Assembly: GCA_017462645.1 (NCBI GenBank)
Contig: JAFTQR010000015.1
Location: 1 to 58,284, forward strand
Length of the DNA: 58,284 nt
DNA from: Acholeplasmatales bacterium
GTDB lineage: Bacteria > Bacillota_I > Bacilli_A > Acholeplasmatales > Anaeroplasmataceae
Reading direction: 5' to 3'
The position numbers were made by a program, and so were the translations under genes. Below the pieces are notes generated by a model. It ran no database searches. It saw nothing but the letters and a program-made list of their open reading frames with translations, and was not told the origin of the DNA. Positions 27,347-36,941 of this stretch are shown one piece after another. Within the stretch, counting starts at the first letter, position 1. Each line of letters starts with the position of its first letter.

Positions 27347-29947
27347 TTATCTAACAATTTTAATAGCTGTACAATTAGTACATAGCATCATCTTTAATGC
27401 ATCATCATCGAATGTTTCTGCATAAACAATCAGCTTACGGTCTAGTGTACCTCTAGCTTTTATTCTTAGAGTATTACCCTTTGCTACAATTTTTAATTCT
27501 TTAAGCTTTTCAATAGTTACCTCATCACCATTTTCAAAGTGATTGCTTAAAGTATCTAAATATACCGTAGCCTCTATTTCTTCTCCCTCAATTTCCTCAC
27601 CCATAATTACAGGAATATAATTTTGTAATCCAAATGGCATATTCTTAGGAATATTTCTAACATTTAAGGAACTAAATAAGTAATCAGTACTTAATCCTAA
27701 TGTAGCTAATATAGCTTCACCATTTGGAATTAATGATGGTAAGAAATTAGTAGGAATATAATTCTTCTTTGGCTTAACTAATCTATTAGCCATCATAATA
27801 TCAACTAATTCCTTAAAGTACTTTAAGCCTCTTTGAGAGCGTACCTTTATCATTACCGGTACTTCAGCATATTGCTTTTTACTTGATACATCCTTATATT
27901 TATACTTACTATTTTCTAATGATGCAGGATCTAATGCAAGACATACCTTAACAGATTTACCACCTAATGATACCTTAGCAACTAAGCCCTTATATCTAAA
28001 TGTTTCACATCTAGATGAGAATCTACCTTTAGCACGGTATTGTAATAAATAATTCTTTATTTCATTATAATATTCCTTTGTCTCATAATCAGCAAACATC
28101 ATTCTTGTATTAAAATTACGTTTAATACGTTTAGGAACTCCATCCTCATCTACAACCTTGAAAATTGGAGAAACAACAGTTCTTTCTCTTGCAAAAGATG
28201 CCTTAACTACATCAACCTCTTCCTCCTCAAGATCATCTTCTATATCGTCATCATCTTCTTCAGATTGATCATCTTCCTCAGATTCCTCTTCGCCCTCTTC
28301 AACTACCTCTTCTATATTTTCAGGTGAAATTTCATTACCATTTTCATCAACATAAACAACAACCTCAACTGTTTCTTCATCAGCTTCTTCAGGTTGAGCT
28401 TCAGTTTCTAAAACAGGCTCTTGTTGTTCCTCTACAGGTTCTTGTTGTTCCTCTACTTGTGCTTCATCAAGCTCAAGAGATAATTGCTCATATCCAATAT
28501 TAGGATCATCATCTATTTCTAATACTCCACCATTTTCTAAAGCCTCTAATTCTCTAACAAGTCTTTCATATTCCTCTTCAGATAATTGCTCTAATTCGGT
28601 AGGCTCTAATTCCTCATCTGATGGCATTTCATCAGCTAATGGTTGTTGTAATGACATAGGAGTATATTCAAAATCTAAGAAGCCCTTTTCATACTTCTTA
28701 TAGCGAACTAATTGTAAAATAATATTTATTACACCAAAGACTATAAAGGCTATTGTTGCAACCATTACAGGTGTTTCTTCAAATAAATATTTAATTTTTA
28801 CCTCCTCAACTAATAGGAAGCAAATAAATCCTATAAAAAATAATGTAATAATCATATTAAGATTAATTAGCTTATCAATAAATTTAATCTTTGCATAAGT
28901 AATCTTTCTTACGAATAAAGGTAAAATTAATAATAATCCTAAAATACCTGCGATTATATAGTAATAATAATCCTCCATTGGTAAAACTTCAAGCTCAAAC
29001 TTATCCATTAAATGATTTAAAGGATTTAAGTCTATCATAGCAAAATAATAAAATGTTATTAATAAGGTAGCAATAATAATTGGCATTACTAAACCATTTT
29101 TAGCAAATGATTCCTTATAATATCTATTAATTTTAATCTTAGAATTCTTTTCCTCTACTCTATTAAATGTTACACCTCTAATTATCAAGGCTAAAGCTAC
29201 TAATGTACCACCTAAAATGACATATTCATATACATTATTATTTAATATTGTTGCCAAACCAAATAAATATGTATATCCAAATGTAACAATAACAATAATT
29301 GCGATTAATAATGAATATGCAATCGCATCCATAAAGTTAGCTCTTTTTGTATCTGAGCCTAAGCCAGCAATAATTGTTGTAATAAATATTCCACCACAAA
29401 CTAGAATATACATTTCAATTAAATTATTAAATTTATCAAATAAATCATTAAGCTCATGAATAGCATAAATACCAATTCCAAAGCCTAAAATTGTTAATAA
29501 AATATAATTATATTTTCCAAATAATGATGCAGTAAAGCCTTTAATTCCTGTAGAATTTCCGTCAAACCTACCAGCAATTAATCTAATTAGCACCTCTATA
29601 GCTAATATACTACATACTGCAATATAATAAATCATACTAGCAAATGGTATATCTCCATCCACTAATAGCATAATAAATCTACCTACAATAGATAATAATC
29701 CTACGACTCTTAAAAAATCTATGCCTGACATTTGTCTAGTTCCTAAGCTTGATAAACCAGCAAGTGCTATACCAATATACAATGCATAAAAGGTATAATC
29801 GACTGCTGAGACAAAACCACTGCTTACTCCGAAATTTGTTAAAAGCTCACCTATAGAGTTCCAAACAAATATCATAGCTAATGAAACTAATAATATAGTA
29901 AAAATACCATATAAATTAGACAAGCCACGGATAAAACCCTTCTTCAT
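27347..29947 (-). CDS. Multi-pass membrane protein with an acidic linker, a DUF5655-like domain and a C-terminal ribosomal uL15-like domain
   Basis: About 12 hydrophobic helices (aa 1-415) and an E/D-rich stretch (aa ~438-580). The last 75 aa (VYLDTL..FENGDEVTIEKLKELKIV...LRIKARGTLDRKLIVYAETFDDDALKMM) align by eye with the uL15 globular domain. Confidence 0.8.
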   Translation of the reverse strand: MKKGFIRGLSNLYGIFTILLVSLAMIFVWNSIGELLTNFGVSSGFVSAVDYTFYALYIGIALAGLSSLGTRQMSGIDFLRVVGLLSIVGRFIMLLVDGDIPFASMIYYIAVCSILAIEVLIRLIAGRFDGNSTGIKGFTASLFGKYNYILLTILGFGIGIYAIHELNDLFDKFNNLIEMYILVCGGIFITTIIAGLGSDTKRANFMDAIAYSLLIAIIVIVTFGYTYLFGLATILNNNVYEYVILGGTLVALALIIRGVTFNRVEEKNSKIKINRYYKESFAKNGLVMPIIIATLLITFYYFAMIDLNPLNHLMDKFELEVLPMEDYYYYIIAGILGLLLILPLFVRKITYAKIKFIDKLINLNMIITLFFIGFICFLLVEEVKIKYLFEETPVMVATIAFIVFGVINIILQLVRYKKYEKGFLDFEYTPMSLQQPLADEMPSDEELEPTELEQLSEEEYERLVRELEALENGGVLEIDDDPNIGYEQLSLELDEAQVEEQQEPVEEQQEPVLETEAQPEEADEETVEVVVYVDENGNEISPENIEEVVEEGEEESEEDDQSEEDDDDIEDDLEEEEVDVVKASFARERTVVSPIFKVVDEDGVPKRIKRNFNTRMMFADYETKEYYNEIKNYLLQYRAKGRFSSRCETFRYKGLVAKVSLGGKSVKVCLALDPASLENSKYKYKDVSSKKQYAEVPVMIKVRSQRGLKYFKELVDIMMANRLVKPKKNYIPTNFLPSLIPNGEAILATLGLSTDYLFSSLNVRNIPKNMPFGLQNYIPVIMGEEIEGEEIEATVYLDTLSNHFENGDEVTIEKLKELKIVAKGNTLRIKARGTLDRKLIVYAETFDDDALKMMLCTNCTAIKIVR
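28413..28456. repeat. 21-nt tandem repeat (2 copies) encoding VEEQQEP
   Basis: acaggctcttgttgttcctct / acaggttcttgttgttcctct. Confidence 0.9.
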
Positions 29948-30070
29948 AAAATTATCGCTCCTTTAAACAAAAAAATCATACATTTTAATTGTAATATTTT
30001 TATTAGTCAAATTCAATCAAAATGATAATATAATTTACAATTTTAGACATTTTTTTATTTTTATAACAAA

Positions 30071-30107
30071 ATAAAGCTCGAATTGTTAAATTAAATTCGA
30101 GTTTTAT
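30071..30107 (-). terminator. phoH operon terminator
   Basis: CTCGAATT...AATTCGAG inverted repeat with flanking A/T tracts. Confidence 0.7.
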
Positions 30108-30109
30108 TA

Positions 30110-31063
30110 TTAATTATTTGTTTTTTCAAATTTTTCAATTATCTTAGCTACTAAAGGATGTCTTACTACATCACATTTATCAAATACTATTAAGCCTACC
30201 TCATCTAAATCAGATAATAGTTCTGCACTTATTTTTAAACCTGATTTCTTAGAATTAGGTAAATCTATTTGAGAGATATCTCCAGTAACAAGCATTTTAG
30301 AATTAAAGCCTAATCTTGTTAAAAACATTTTTAATTGATCTATAGTTGCATTTTGTGCCTCATCTAATATAATAAACGCCTTTTCTAAAGTTCTGCCTCT
30401 CATATAAGCTAATGGTGCTATTTCTATAACCTGCTTTTCTATAAGCATAGATACCTGTTCAACACCAAGCATATCATATAAGGCATCATATAATGGTCTT
30501 AAATAAGGATCTACCTTTTCCTTTAAATCACCTGGCAAGAAGCCTAATGACTCACCAGCCTCTACTGCTGGTCTTGTTAAAATGATTTTATCAATATTTC
30601 CCTTTTTTAATTCAGCTACAGCATAGCATACTGCTAAATAGGTTTTACCTGTACCTGCAGCACCTATCGAAAATACTAAATCATGCTTAATCATTTCCTT
30701 AATATATTCATCCTGTTTTAAGGTTTTAGCATATATAGGCTTATTATGTATTGTATGAGCTATAGGCTTTCTTTTAGATAAAAAGCTTAAATACTTTTCC
30801 TTTTTACCATCATTTACAATACTATTAGCATAAATTACATCTCTAGGAGAAATATTAAATGATAATTTAGACATTTCTAATAATATTTCAAATAGCTCAT
30901 TTAGCTTATCATAAGAATCTAAATTATCACTACATAAAATATCATTTCCATGAATAGCAATATGACAATTATATAAATTCTCTATAACCTTGATGTTTGC
31001 GTTATTAATACCAGACATGTTTTTAGCATCTAAAGCATTATTAACATAGATATTAAGCTTCAT
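30110..31063 (-). CDS. phoH: PhoH family protein
   Basis: GAAGTGKT, RPAVEAGESLGFLPG, YMRGRT, LDEAQN, VVRHPLV. Confidence 0.96.
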   Translation of the reverse strand: MKLNIYVNNALDAKNMSGINNANIKVIENLYNCHIAIHGNDILCSDNLDSYDKLNELFEILLEMSKLSFNISPRDVIYANSIVNDGKKEKYLSFLSKRKPIAHTIHNKPIYAKTLKQDEYIKEMIKHDLVFSIGAAGTGKTYLAVCYAVAELKKGNIDKIILTRPAVEAGESLGFLPGDLKEKVDPYLRPLYDALYDMLGVEQVSMLIEKQVIEIAPLAYMRGRTLEKAFIILDEAQNATIDQLKMFLTRLGFNSKMLVTGDISQIDLPNSKKSGLKISAELLSDLDEVGLIVFDKCDVVRHPLVAKIIEKFEKTNN

Positions 31064-31077
31064 TCAATCAATCCCTT

Positions 31078-32163
31078 CTAGTAATGCGAAAATTCACCTA
31101 TCGATTCTATTTTTTTGACTATAAAAGTAAAACAATATAAATCATCCGTTTCATTATAGTTATATTCTACTATATCAGTAATCTTTTCTAATTCATATAT
31201 TCTTTTATTATTAAAATCATTAATAATTCTATTTTGAGCCTCTAATACTGCCTCATCACGAGTATACCTTTTAATTATATCATTTTTTTCATGTTCTTCA
31301 ATTTTTTTAATAGAAAAAAAGTCAAATAGATTAAATATATTATTACTATTCTTGTCCGATATTAAATAATTATTATTTTTATTAATATCAAAGCTATTAT
31401 CAAACAATGATAATTGGTAATAGCTTTGATACTCTCCCTCCTCTAATATACTTTCTTCCTTTTTAATTTCGATATAGACCTTATCATAAACATAGCCTAA
31501 TACTAATCCTTGAGAGCCTGTTAATTGATTATTAAGTGTTTTACCACTTATTAATACATCTCCCTTTTTTACGAATTTATTTTTATATATGTTACTTGTT
31601 CCACTATAAATATAATATTCATCTACAATACTATCTCTTGTGGCTATAATATCACCATTTTTATCTATATTATTAGATGGATAATCTATATCATGACAAT
31701 ATATATTTACATATATATCATTATTTTTAGCATATACATCAATATATGGATATTCAGAATATTCTCTTTGAAGATTATAAGATAATTGATCATAATTTAT
31801 ATTAGAAAAATTAAACCATAATAAGTTTTTAAATTGTTTTTGAATTTTGTTTTTAATTGTATTATTTATTGGTTTTTCTTTATTTTATTTTTTTTCATCT
31901 AATCTATATGAATTTATATATAATAGTGAAAAGAAAAATAATAATCCTATAATTAATAGATGATATTTTTTCATAAAATAATTAAACTTAATTTTAAATG
32001 AATCCTCTAAATAATATTTATATCCACTATCCTTAATAATATTATAAGAGCCTAATTCAACCTTAAAGGAAACCTCATCCTTTAAAACATTTACATCATT
32101 TGCCGCAATTCTATTATGAATCTTAAAAAAATCATCCTTCTTCATTTTTATTTTGTAGTTCAT
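31078..32163 (-). pseudogene. yqfD: Sporulation protein YqfD interrupted by one in-frame TAA (31885-31887); pseudogene or sequencing error
   Basis: Both ORF-track pieces are in the same frame. The intervening sequence is open and reads GDIIATRDSIV...KFVKKGDVLISG (YqfD motif). yqfC-yqfD-phoH synteny. Confidence 0.8.
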
Positions 32164-32353
32164 TGTCCCATTCTCCTAATGTAATATTATTTATTATTCC
32201 TTCTACTACAATCAAGTGTTGATCTAAATGCTTAATATTTAGGCTTTTACCTATTATTTTTACGTTTTGTAAAACTATTAAATCATTTTCTATTTGTTTA
32301 ATTTGCTTATAATTGTCGACTGAAATTAAATTATTATTAATTTCTATTTTCAT
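32132..32353 (-). CDS. yqfC: YabP/YqfC family sporulation protein
   Basis: ISVDNYK, VKIIGKSLNI, IVVEGII; lies upstream of yqfD. Confidence 0.8.
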   Translation of the reverse strand: MKIEINNNLISVDNYKQIKQIENDLIVLQNVKIIGKSLNIKHLDQHLIVVEGIINNITLGEWDNELQNKNEEG

Positions 32354-32381
32354 ACTATCACCAATTTATAATATTGCAAAA

Positions 32382-32408
32382 AGAAAAAAATAGTACCTAA
32401 GTACTATT
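32382..32408 (-). terminator. Terminator after the LysR-RluA-Nudix genes
   Basis: ATAGTAC-ttag-GTACTAT followed by a T tract. Confidence 0.75.
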
Positions 32409-32829
32409 CCTCTTCATGAACCTTTATAAAAATATTGTTTAATCTTTCAACTATATCATATTTAATAAATTCTTCTTTATAATAATCCTCTAAATATTCC
32501 CAAGACAATATTTCATCTAGGTCCTTCCATCTGTATTCAGAATGGTCTAATGATAATGTAATACCCTCACTAGGAGTTGTACAAATATACATTAAAACCA
32601 AATGTGTAGGCTTAGATAAGTCACCACATAGCTTAGCATATTCTAGCGATTCAATCTCTACAGCTATGCCAATGTCCTCCTTTATTCTTTTTAATAAAGA
32701 CATTTCAACATGGTCATGTGTTTCAAGCTTACCTCCTGGTACCTCCCATTTTAAATCCTCATTACGTCTAATAAATAATAATTCATTTTTATATGGATTA
32801 TATACAATTCCCTTTACATATATTTTCAT
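32404..32829 (-). CDS. Nudix-fold protein with a degenerate Nudix box
   Basis: WEVPGGKLETHDHVEMSLLKRIKEDIG, LSLDHSEYRW. ATG at 32829 follows AAGGAG. Confidence 0.8.
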   Translation of the reverse strand: MKIYVKGIVYNPYKNELLFIRRNEDLKWEVPGGKLETHDHVEMSLLKRIKEDIGIAVEIESLEYAKLCGDLSKPTHLVLMYICTTPSEGITLSLDHSEYRWKDLDEILSWEYLEDYYKEEFIKYDIVERLNNIFIKVHEEE

Positions 32830-32833
32830 AGTA

Positions 32834-33487
32834 TTACTCCTTATTTTCAAATACTAATATTTCATTTGTGGTAGGATGCGGAAATGATAAATGATATGCT
32901 TCTAAAGGCATTTCATTAGCTTTATTTTTACTTCCATATTTTATATCACCATATAAAGGATGACCAATATTAGCCATTTGACATCTTATTTGATGAAATC
33001 TACCTGTTTTTAGATTAACATCTATATCAGTAACTAATGTATTATTAAGCTTATAGCTTTTTAATGCCTTATATTCTAATATGGCCTCTTGACCAGTATC
33101 AGTAATATATGATTTTTTTTGTGCTTCATTTTTAGTAATATGATTTTTTAATAATAAATAATCATTATTATCTAATAAGCCCTCCACAGTGGCCTTATAT
33201 TTTTTTATAAATTTATGATTTTGAATTGATTCAGATAGTCTTTTAGCAGCCTTAGAGGTTTTGGCAAAAACCATAACACCGCTTGTATTAATATCTAGTC
33301 TATGAACTAATCCTAAATATACATTACCAGGCTTATTATATTTTTCCTTAATATAATTTTTAATTATAGTAAGCATATCTAGCTTATCTGATGAATCAGC
33401 CTGAGATAATATTCCCTTTTCTTTATAGCATACAATAATATGATTATCCTCATAATATATTTTTAGCATTTTAGTTCTCTGCCTCAT
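32834..33487 (-). CDS. RluA family pseudouridine synthase
   Basis: YEDNHI, VHRLD..TSG, TGRFHQIR, HPLYGD. Confidence 0.94.
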   Translation of the reverse strand: MRQRTKMLKIYYEDNHIIVCYKEKGILSQADSSDKLDMLTIIKNYIKEKYNKPGNVYLGLVHRLDINTSGVMVFAKTSKAAKRLSESIQNHKFIKKYKATVEGLLDNNDYLLLKNHITKNEAQKKSYITDTGQEAILEYKALKSYKLNNTLVTDIDVNLKTGRFHQIRCQMANIGHPLYGDIKYGSKNKANEMPLEAYHLSFPHPTTNEILVFENKE

Positions 33488-34358
33488 AGCTCTCTAGGTT
33501 ATTTAATAATGTAATTATTTTTTCATCTAAATTACTTAGTTTATTATAAATAACATATATATTTTGGGAAAATTGGAAATTTAATAATTCAATTTTCTTA
33601 AGCTTTTTAGCTTCTAATAAATGACTAACAGAATCATAATATACAAAACCAATAGCATCATTACTAATAACCTGATGATACATTATATCTATATCATTAA
33701 AATAGGTTGGTATATTATCCTTAAGCTTAATATTTTTTTGATGTAATGATGTCATTGTGCATGTGTTTAGCCCTGTTCCTTCTGTACTAATTAATAGCTC
33801 ATTTGAAATCAATTGTTCTCTAGTAACTCTTTCCTTACCAGCAAATTTACCATTAGGATCACATACTAAAATTAGCTTAGTGCTATATATATTTACACTA
33901 TCATATATAGAACCATCAAAGGAATTATCTATTATAGCAAAATCTATTTTACCCTCACCTAATAAATCTAAAATTTTATCATATGAGCATACTGATAATT
34001 CTATTTTCATGTCACTAGAAAATAGACCTTTCATAACATTATTATTATATAAAACCTTTTTAGCATCGTTAGTTATTGCTGCATTAACACCTAATTTTTC
34101 ATTTCTTTGTCTATCTAAATTATTCCTTAATAATTGAGCATGGAGGCTTCCAGCCTTTGCGTAATCAAGCAAAATTTGACCAGCCTTAGTAAGCTCAAAT
34201 TGCTTATTACTGTCAAATAAAGTTATATTATAATCCTTTTCAATCGATTTAATATGATGAGTTACGGCAGGCTGAGTTATATACAGCTTTTTGGCAGTCT
34301 TAGTGTAGCTTTTTTCTTCTAAAAGTGTCATAAAGGTTATTAATCTTACATCTATCAT
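33471..34358 (-). CDS. LysR family transcriptional regulator
   Basis: SYTKTAKKLYITQPAVTHHIKSIE HTH, LTKAG, GKIDFAI. Confidence 0.92.
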   Translation of the reverse strand: MIDVRLITFMTLLEEKSYTKTAKKLYITQPAVTHHIKSIEKDYNITLFDSNKQFELTKAGQILLDYAKAGSLHAQLLRNNLDRQRNEKLGVNAAITNDAKKVLYNNNVMKGLFSSDMKIELSVCSYDKILDLLGEGKIDFAIIDNSFDGSIYDSVNIYSTKLILVCDPNGKFAGKERVTREQLISNELLISTEGTGLNTCTMTSLHQKNIKLKDNIPTYFNDIDIMYHQVISNDAIGFVYYDSVSHLLEAKKLKKIELLNFQFSQNIYVIYNKLSNLDEKIITLLNNLESYEAEN

Positions 34359-34396
34359 CGTATCACCGCCATAAAAAATATTTATAATTTACATAT

Positions 34397-34425
34397 AGTA
34401 TATAAATTTTTTTTATAGGTGTCAA
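34397..34425 (-). promoter_or_regulatory. SigA promoter of the LysR gene
   Basis: TTGACA-N17-TATACT. Confidence 0.75.
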
Positions 34426-34436
34426 TGTAGAAAAGA

Positions 34437-34475
34437 CAAAAAGCCACAATTTATGGACAAATTGTAGCTTTTGTA
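34437..34475 (-). terminator. lon terminator
   Basis: AAAAGCTACAATTT...AAATTGTGGCTTTTTG. Confidence 0.75.
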
Positions 34476-34478
34476 TAA

Positions 34479-36794
34479 TTATTTAAATAAATGATCTAGG
34501 ATTTGAGATATATGGCTTACTGGAATAATTTCCAATACATCTCTAACCTCCTGTGGAATATCCTCGATATCTCTTTCATTATCTGACGGAATAAATATCT
34601 TAGTTAAACCACTTCTATTAGCAGCAATTGATTTTTCTCTTAAGCCACCAATAGCTAATACACTACCTCTTAATGTAATTTCACCTGTCATACCAACATG
34701 ACAATCAACAGGTCTATTTGATAAGGCAGATACTAAAGCAGTTGTTAATGTTACACCTGCAGATGGACCATCCTTAGGTACAGCACCCTCAGGTACGTGG
34801 ATATGAATATCATTTTTCTCTAAGAATTCCTTATCAATCTTATATTCCTCTGCATGAGACTTAACATATGAAAATGCTGCTTGTGCAGATTCCTTCATAA
34901 CATCTCCAAGCTTACCTGTTAATACAAGACCACCCTTGCCAGGATATGTTGTAACCTCGATATCTAATGTATCTCCACCAAATGATGTATAGGCTAAGCC
35001 AGTAACAACACCAATTTGATTTTCGCCACGGTTCTTATTATTTGTAAATTTAACCTTACCTAGGAATTCAGTTAAATTATCTACAGTTACATCAACATGA
35101 GTAACCTTATCCATTAAGATTTTTCTAACTGTTTTACGACAAATGCCGGCAACCATACGATTTAGCTCACGTACACCAGCCTCTCTAGTATAGTTTTGAA
35201 TAATTGCGTACATTGCATCATCAGTAATAGATAATTGTTCAGCCTTTAAGCCATGCTCTTCTAATTGACGTGGTAATAAATGCTTAAATCCAATATTAAA
35301 CTTTTCAATTTCAGTATAAGATGAAAGCTCAATAATTTCCATACGGTCACGAAGTGGAGCTGGAATTCCTGATAAATCATTTGCGGTAGTAATAAACATT
35401 ACCTGAGATAAATCATAAGGCTCCTCTAGATAGTTATCAGAGAAGAATTTATTTTGTTCAGGGTCTAATACCTCTAGCATTGCTGCTGCAGGATCTCCTC
35501 TATAATCAGATGTCATTTTATCAATTTCATCTAATAGGAATACAGGATTTACTGTACCAGCATCCTTCATACCCTTAATAATTCTACCAGGTAAAGCACC
35601 AATATATGTACGACGATGACCTCTTATTTCAGATTCATCTCTTACACCACCTAATGATTGCTTAACAAATTTTCTACCTAATGCTTCACTAATACTCTTT
35701 GCAAGTGACGTTTTACCAACACCTGGAGGACCTGCAAAGCATAGAATTGTAGATGGATTATGTCCAGTCATCATTTTAACTGCAAGATATTCAATAATAC
35801 GATCCTTAACCTTTTCAAGACCATAATGATTCATATCTAACTTATTAGCTACATCAGATAAGTCATTATTATCCTCGCTTGATTTTTTCCAAGGAAGATT
35901 AATAATCCAATCTAAATAGCTTCTGATAACACCTGATTCAGCCATTTGGTTATTTGTATTTGCATATTTTTGTAATTCAGCCTTAGCCTTTTCATATACA
36001 CCCTCAGGTAATCCAGCCTCATCTAAAGCCTTACGTAGCTTTTCTACGTCCTCTTCTTGTCTAGCCTTATCACCTAATTCATTTTGAATGGCCTTCATCT
36101 TTTCTCTTAGATAATATTCCTTTTGAGACTCATCAATTGATTTTTTAACATCCTTGTTAATCTTATTTTCAATTTCAACAATTTGTTTTTCTCTTTCTAA
36201 ATCCTCAAGAATCATTTCTAATCTTCTAGCAACAGTTAATTCCTCTAAATATCTATATTTAGATAAATTACCATTAAGCTTTAATTGATAAGCAATTACA
36301 TCAGATAGTGTATCAGCGTTAGTACCACTTTGTAATAGCTTAGCAACCTCCTCAGGAGCTGATAAAACATTCGTGCTCTTAGCAATTTCAGCAGCTACTG
36401 TTTTTAGTAATGATGCTTCTACATCATTATTATACATAATAGAATGAACCTTTTCATATGTACATACGAAATATGGATCAGTTGATGTATATTCATTAAT
36501 TATAATACGATTAGTAACCTTAAATTTTACCTTATAGTTATTATTAGGTAGCTTTAGCTTTAATGATACCTTAGCTAATACTGCATATTGCTCAATATCA
36601 TCCTTCGTTACATCCTTCACTGAAGAATCCTTTTGGATTAATAGGATTATATTTCCTCCATACATCTTTTCAGATGCCTCTAAAGCCTTAACAGAATTTT
36701 CTCTTCCAACCTCTATTCTAAATTCATTATTAGGAAGTGGAATTACACCTCTAATAGCTATGGCAGGTAGTACAATTTTTGTATTCTCTTCCAT
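34479..36794 (-). CDS. lon: ATP-dependent Lon protease
   Basis: GPPGVGKTS, RGHRRTY, LLDEIDK, PKDGPSAG, GGLREK. Start is probably the ATG at 36794. Confidence 0.98.
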   Translation of the reverse strand: MEENTKIVLPAIAIRGVIPLPNNEFRIEVGRENSVKALEASEKMYGGNIILLIQKDSSVKDVTKDDIEQYAVLAKVSLKLKLPNNNYKVKFKVTNRIIINEYTSTDPYFVCTYEKVHSIMYNNDVEASLLKTVAAEIAKSTNVLSAPEEVAKLLQSGTNADTLSDVIAYQLKLNGNLSKYRYLEELTVARRLEMILEDLEREKQIVEIENKINKDVKKSIDESQKEYYLREKMKAIQNELGDKARQEEDVEKLRKALDEAGLPEGVYEKAKAELQKYANTNNQMAESGVIRSYLDWIINLPWKKSSEDNNDLSDVANKLDMNHYGLEKVKDRIIEYLAVKMMTGHNPSTILCFAGPPGVGKTSLAKSISEALGRKFVKQSLGGVRDESEIRGHRRTYIGALPGRIIKGMKDAGTVNPVFLLDEIDKMTSDYRGDPAAAMLEVLDPEQNKFFSDNYLEEPYDLSQVMFITTANDLSGIPAPLRDRMEIIELSSYTEIEKFNIGFKHLLPRQLEEHGLKAEQLSITDDAMYAIIQNYTREAGVRELNRMVAGICRKTVRKILMDKVTHVDVTVDNLTEFLGKVKFTNNKNRGENQIGVVTGLAYTSFGGDTLDIEVTTYPGKGGLVLTGKLGDVMKESAQAAFSYVKSHAEEYKIDKEFLEKNDIHIHVPEGAVPKDGPSAGVTLTTALVSALSNRPVDCHVGMTGEITLRGSVLAIGGLREKSIAANRSGLTKIFIPSDNERDIEDIPQEVRDVLEIIPVSHISQILDHLFK

Positions 36795-36850
36795 AAAATC
36801 ATCCCTTTCACTGACCAAAAATCAATCAGCAATAATAATATATAACATTT

Positions 36851-36877
36851 TTGGCACTTTTGCAAGCAGATTGCCAA
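36851..36877 (-). promoter_or_regulatory. CIRCE (HrcA operator) upstream of lon
   Basis: TTGGCAATC-N9-AAGTGCCAA enclosing a TTGCAA -35. Confidence 0.85.
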
Positions 36878-36905
36878 AATTAATTAAAAATCACATAAAT
36901 TAACA

Positions 36906-36933
36906 TAAAAACCAGCTTTAAAGGCTGGTTTTA
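36906..36933 (-). terminator. tig terminator
   Basis: AAAACCAGCC-loop-AGCTGGTTTTT. Confidence 0.85.
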
Positions 36934-36941
36934 TAAGTCTA

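Noticed and set aside
27347-27574. Genuine rplO fused by frameshift or assembly error
   Set aside because: No L15 N-terminal GRG/GGQ tail, no rpmD/secY neighbours, and a continuous frame with a plausible linker
31885-31895. Programmed frameshift or readthrough in yqfD at the A8 run
   Set aside because: The downstream part is in the same frame, so no shift is needed; TAA readthrough is improbable
34371-34416. AT-rich inverted repeat around the LysR promoter as an operator
   Set aside because: Its arms contain only A/T; cannot be told from background without comparative data
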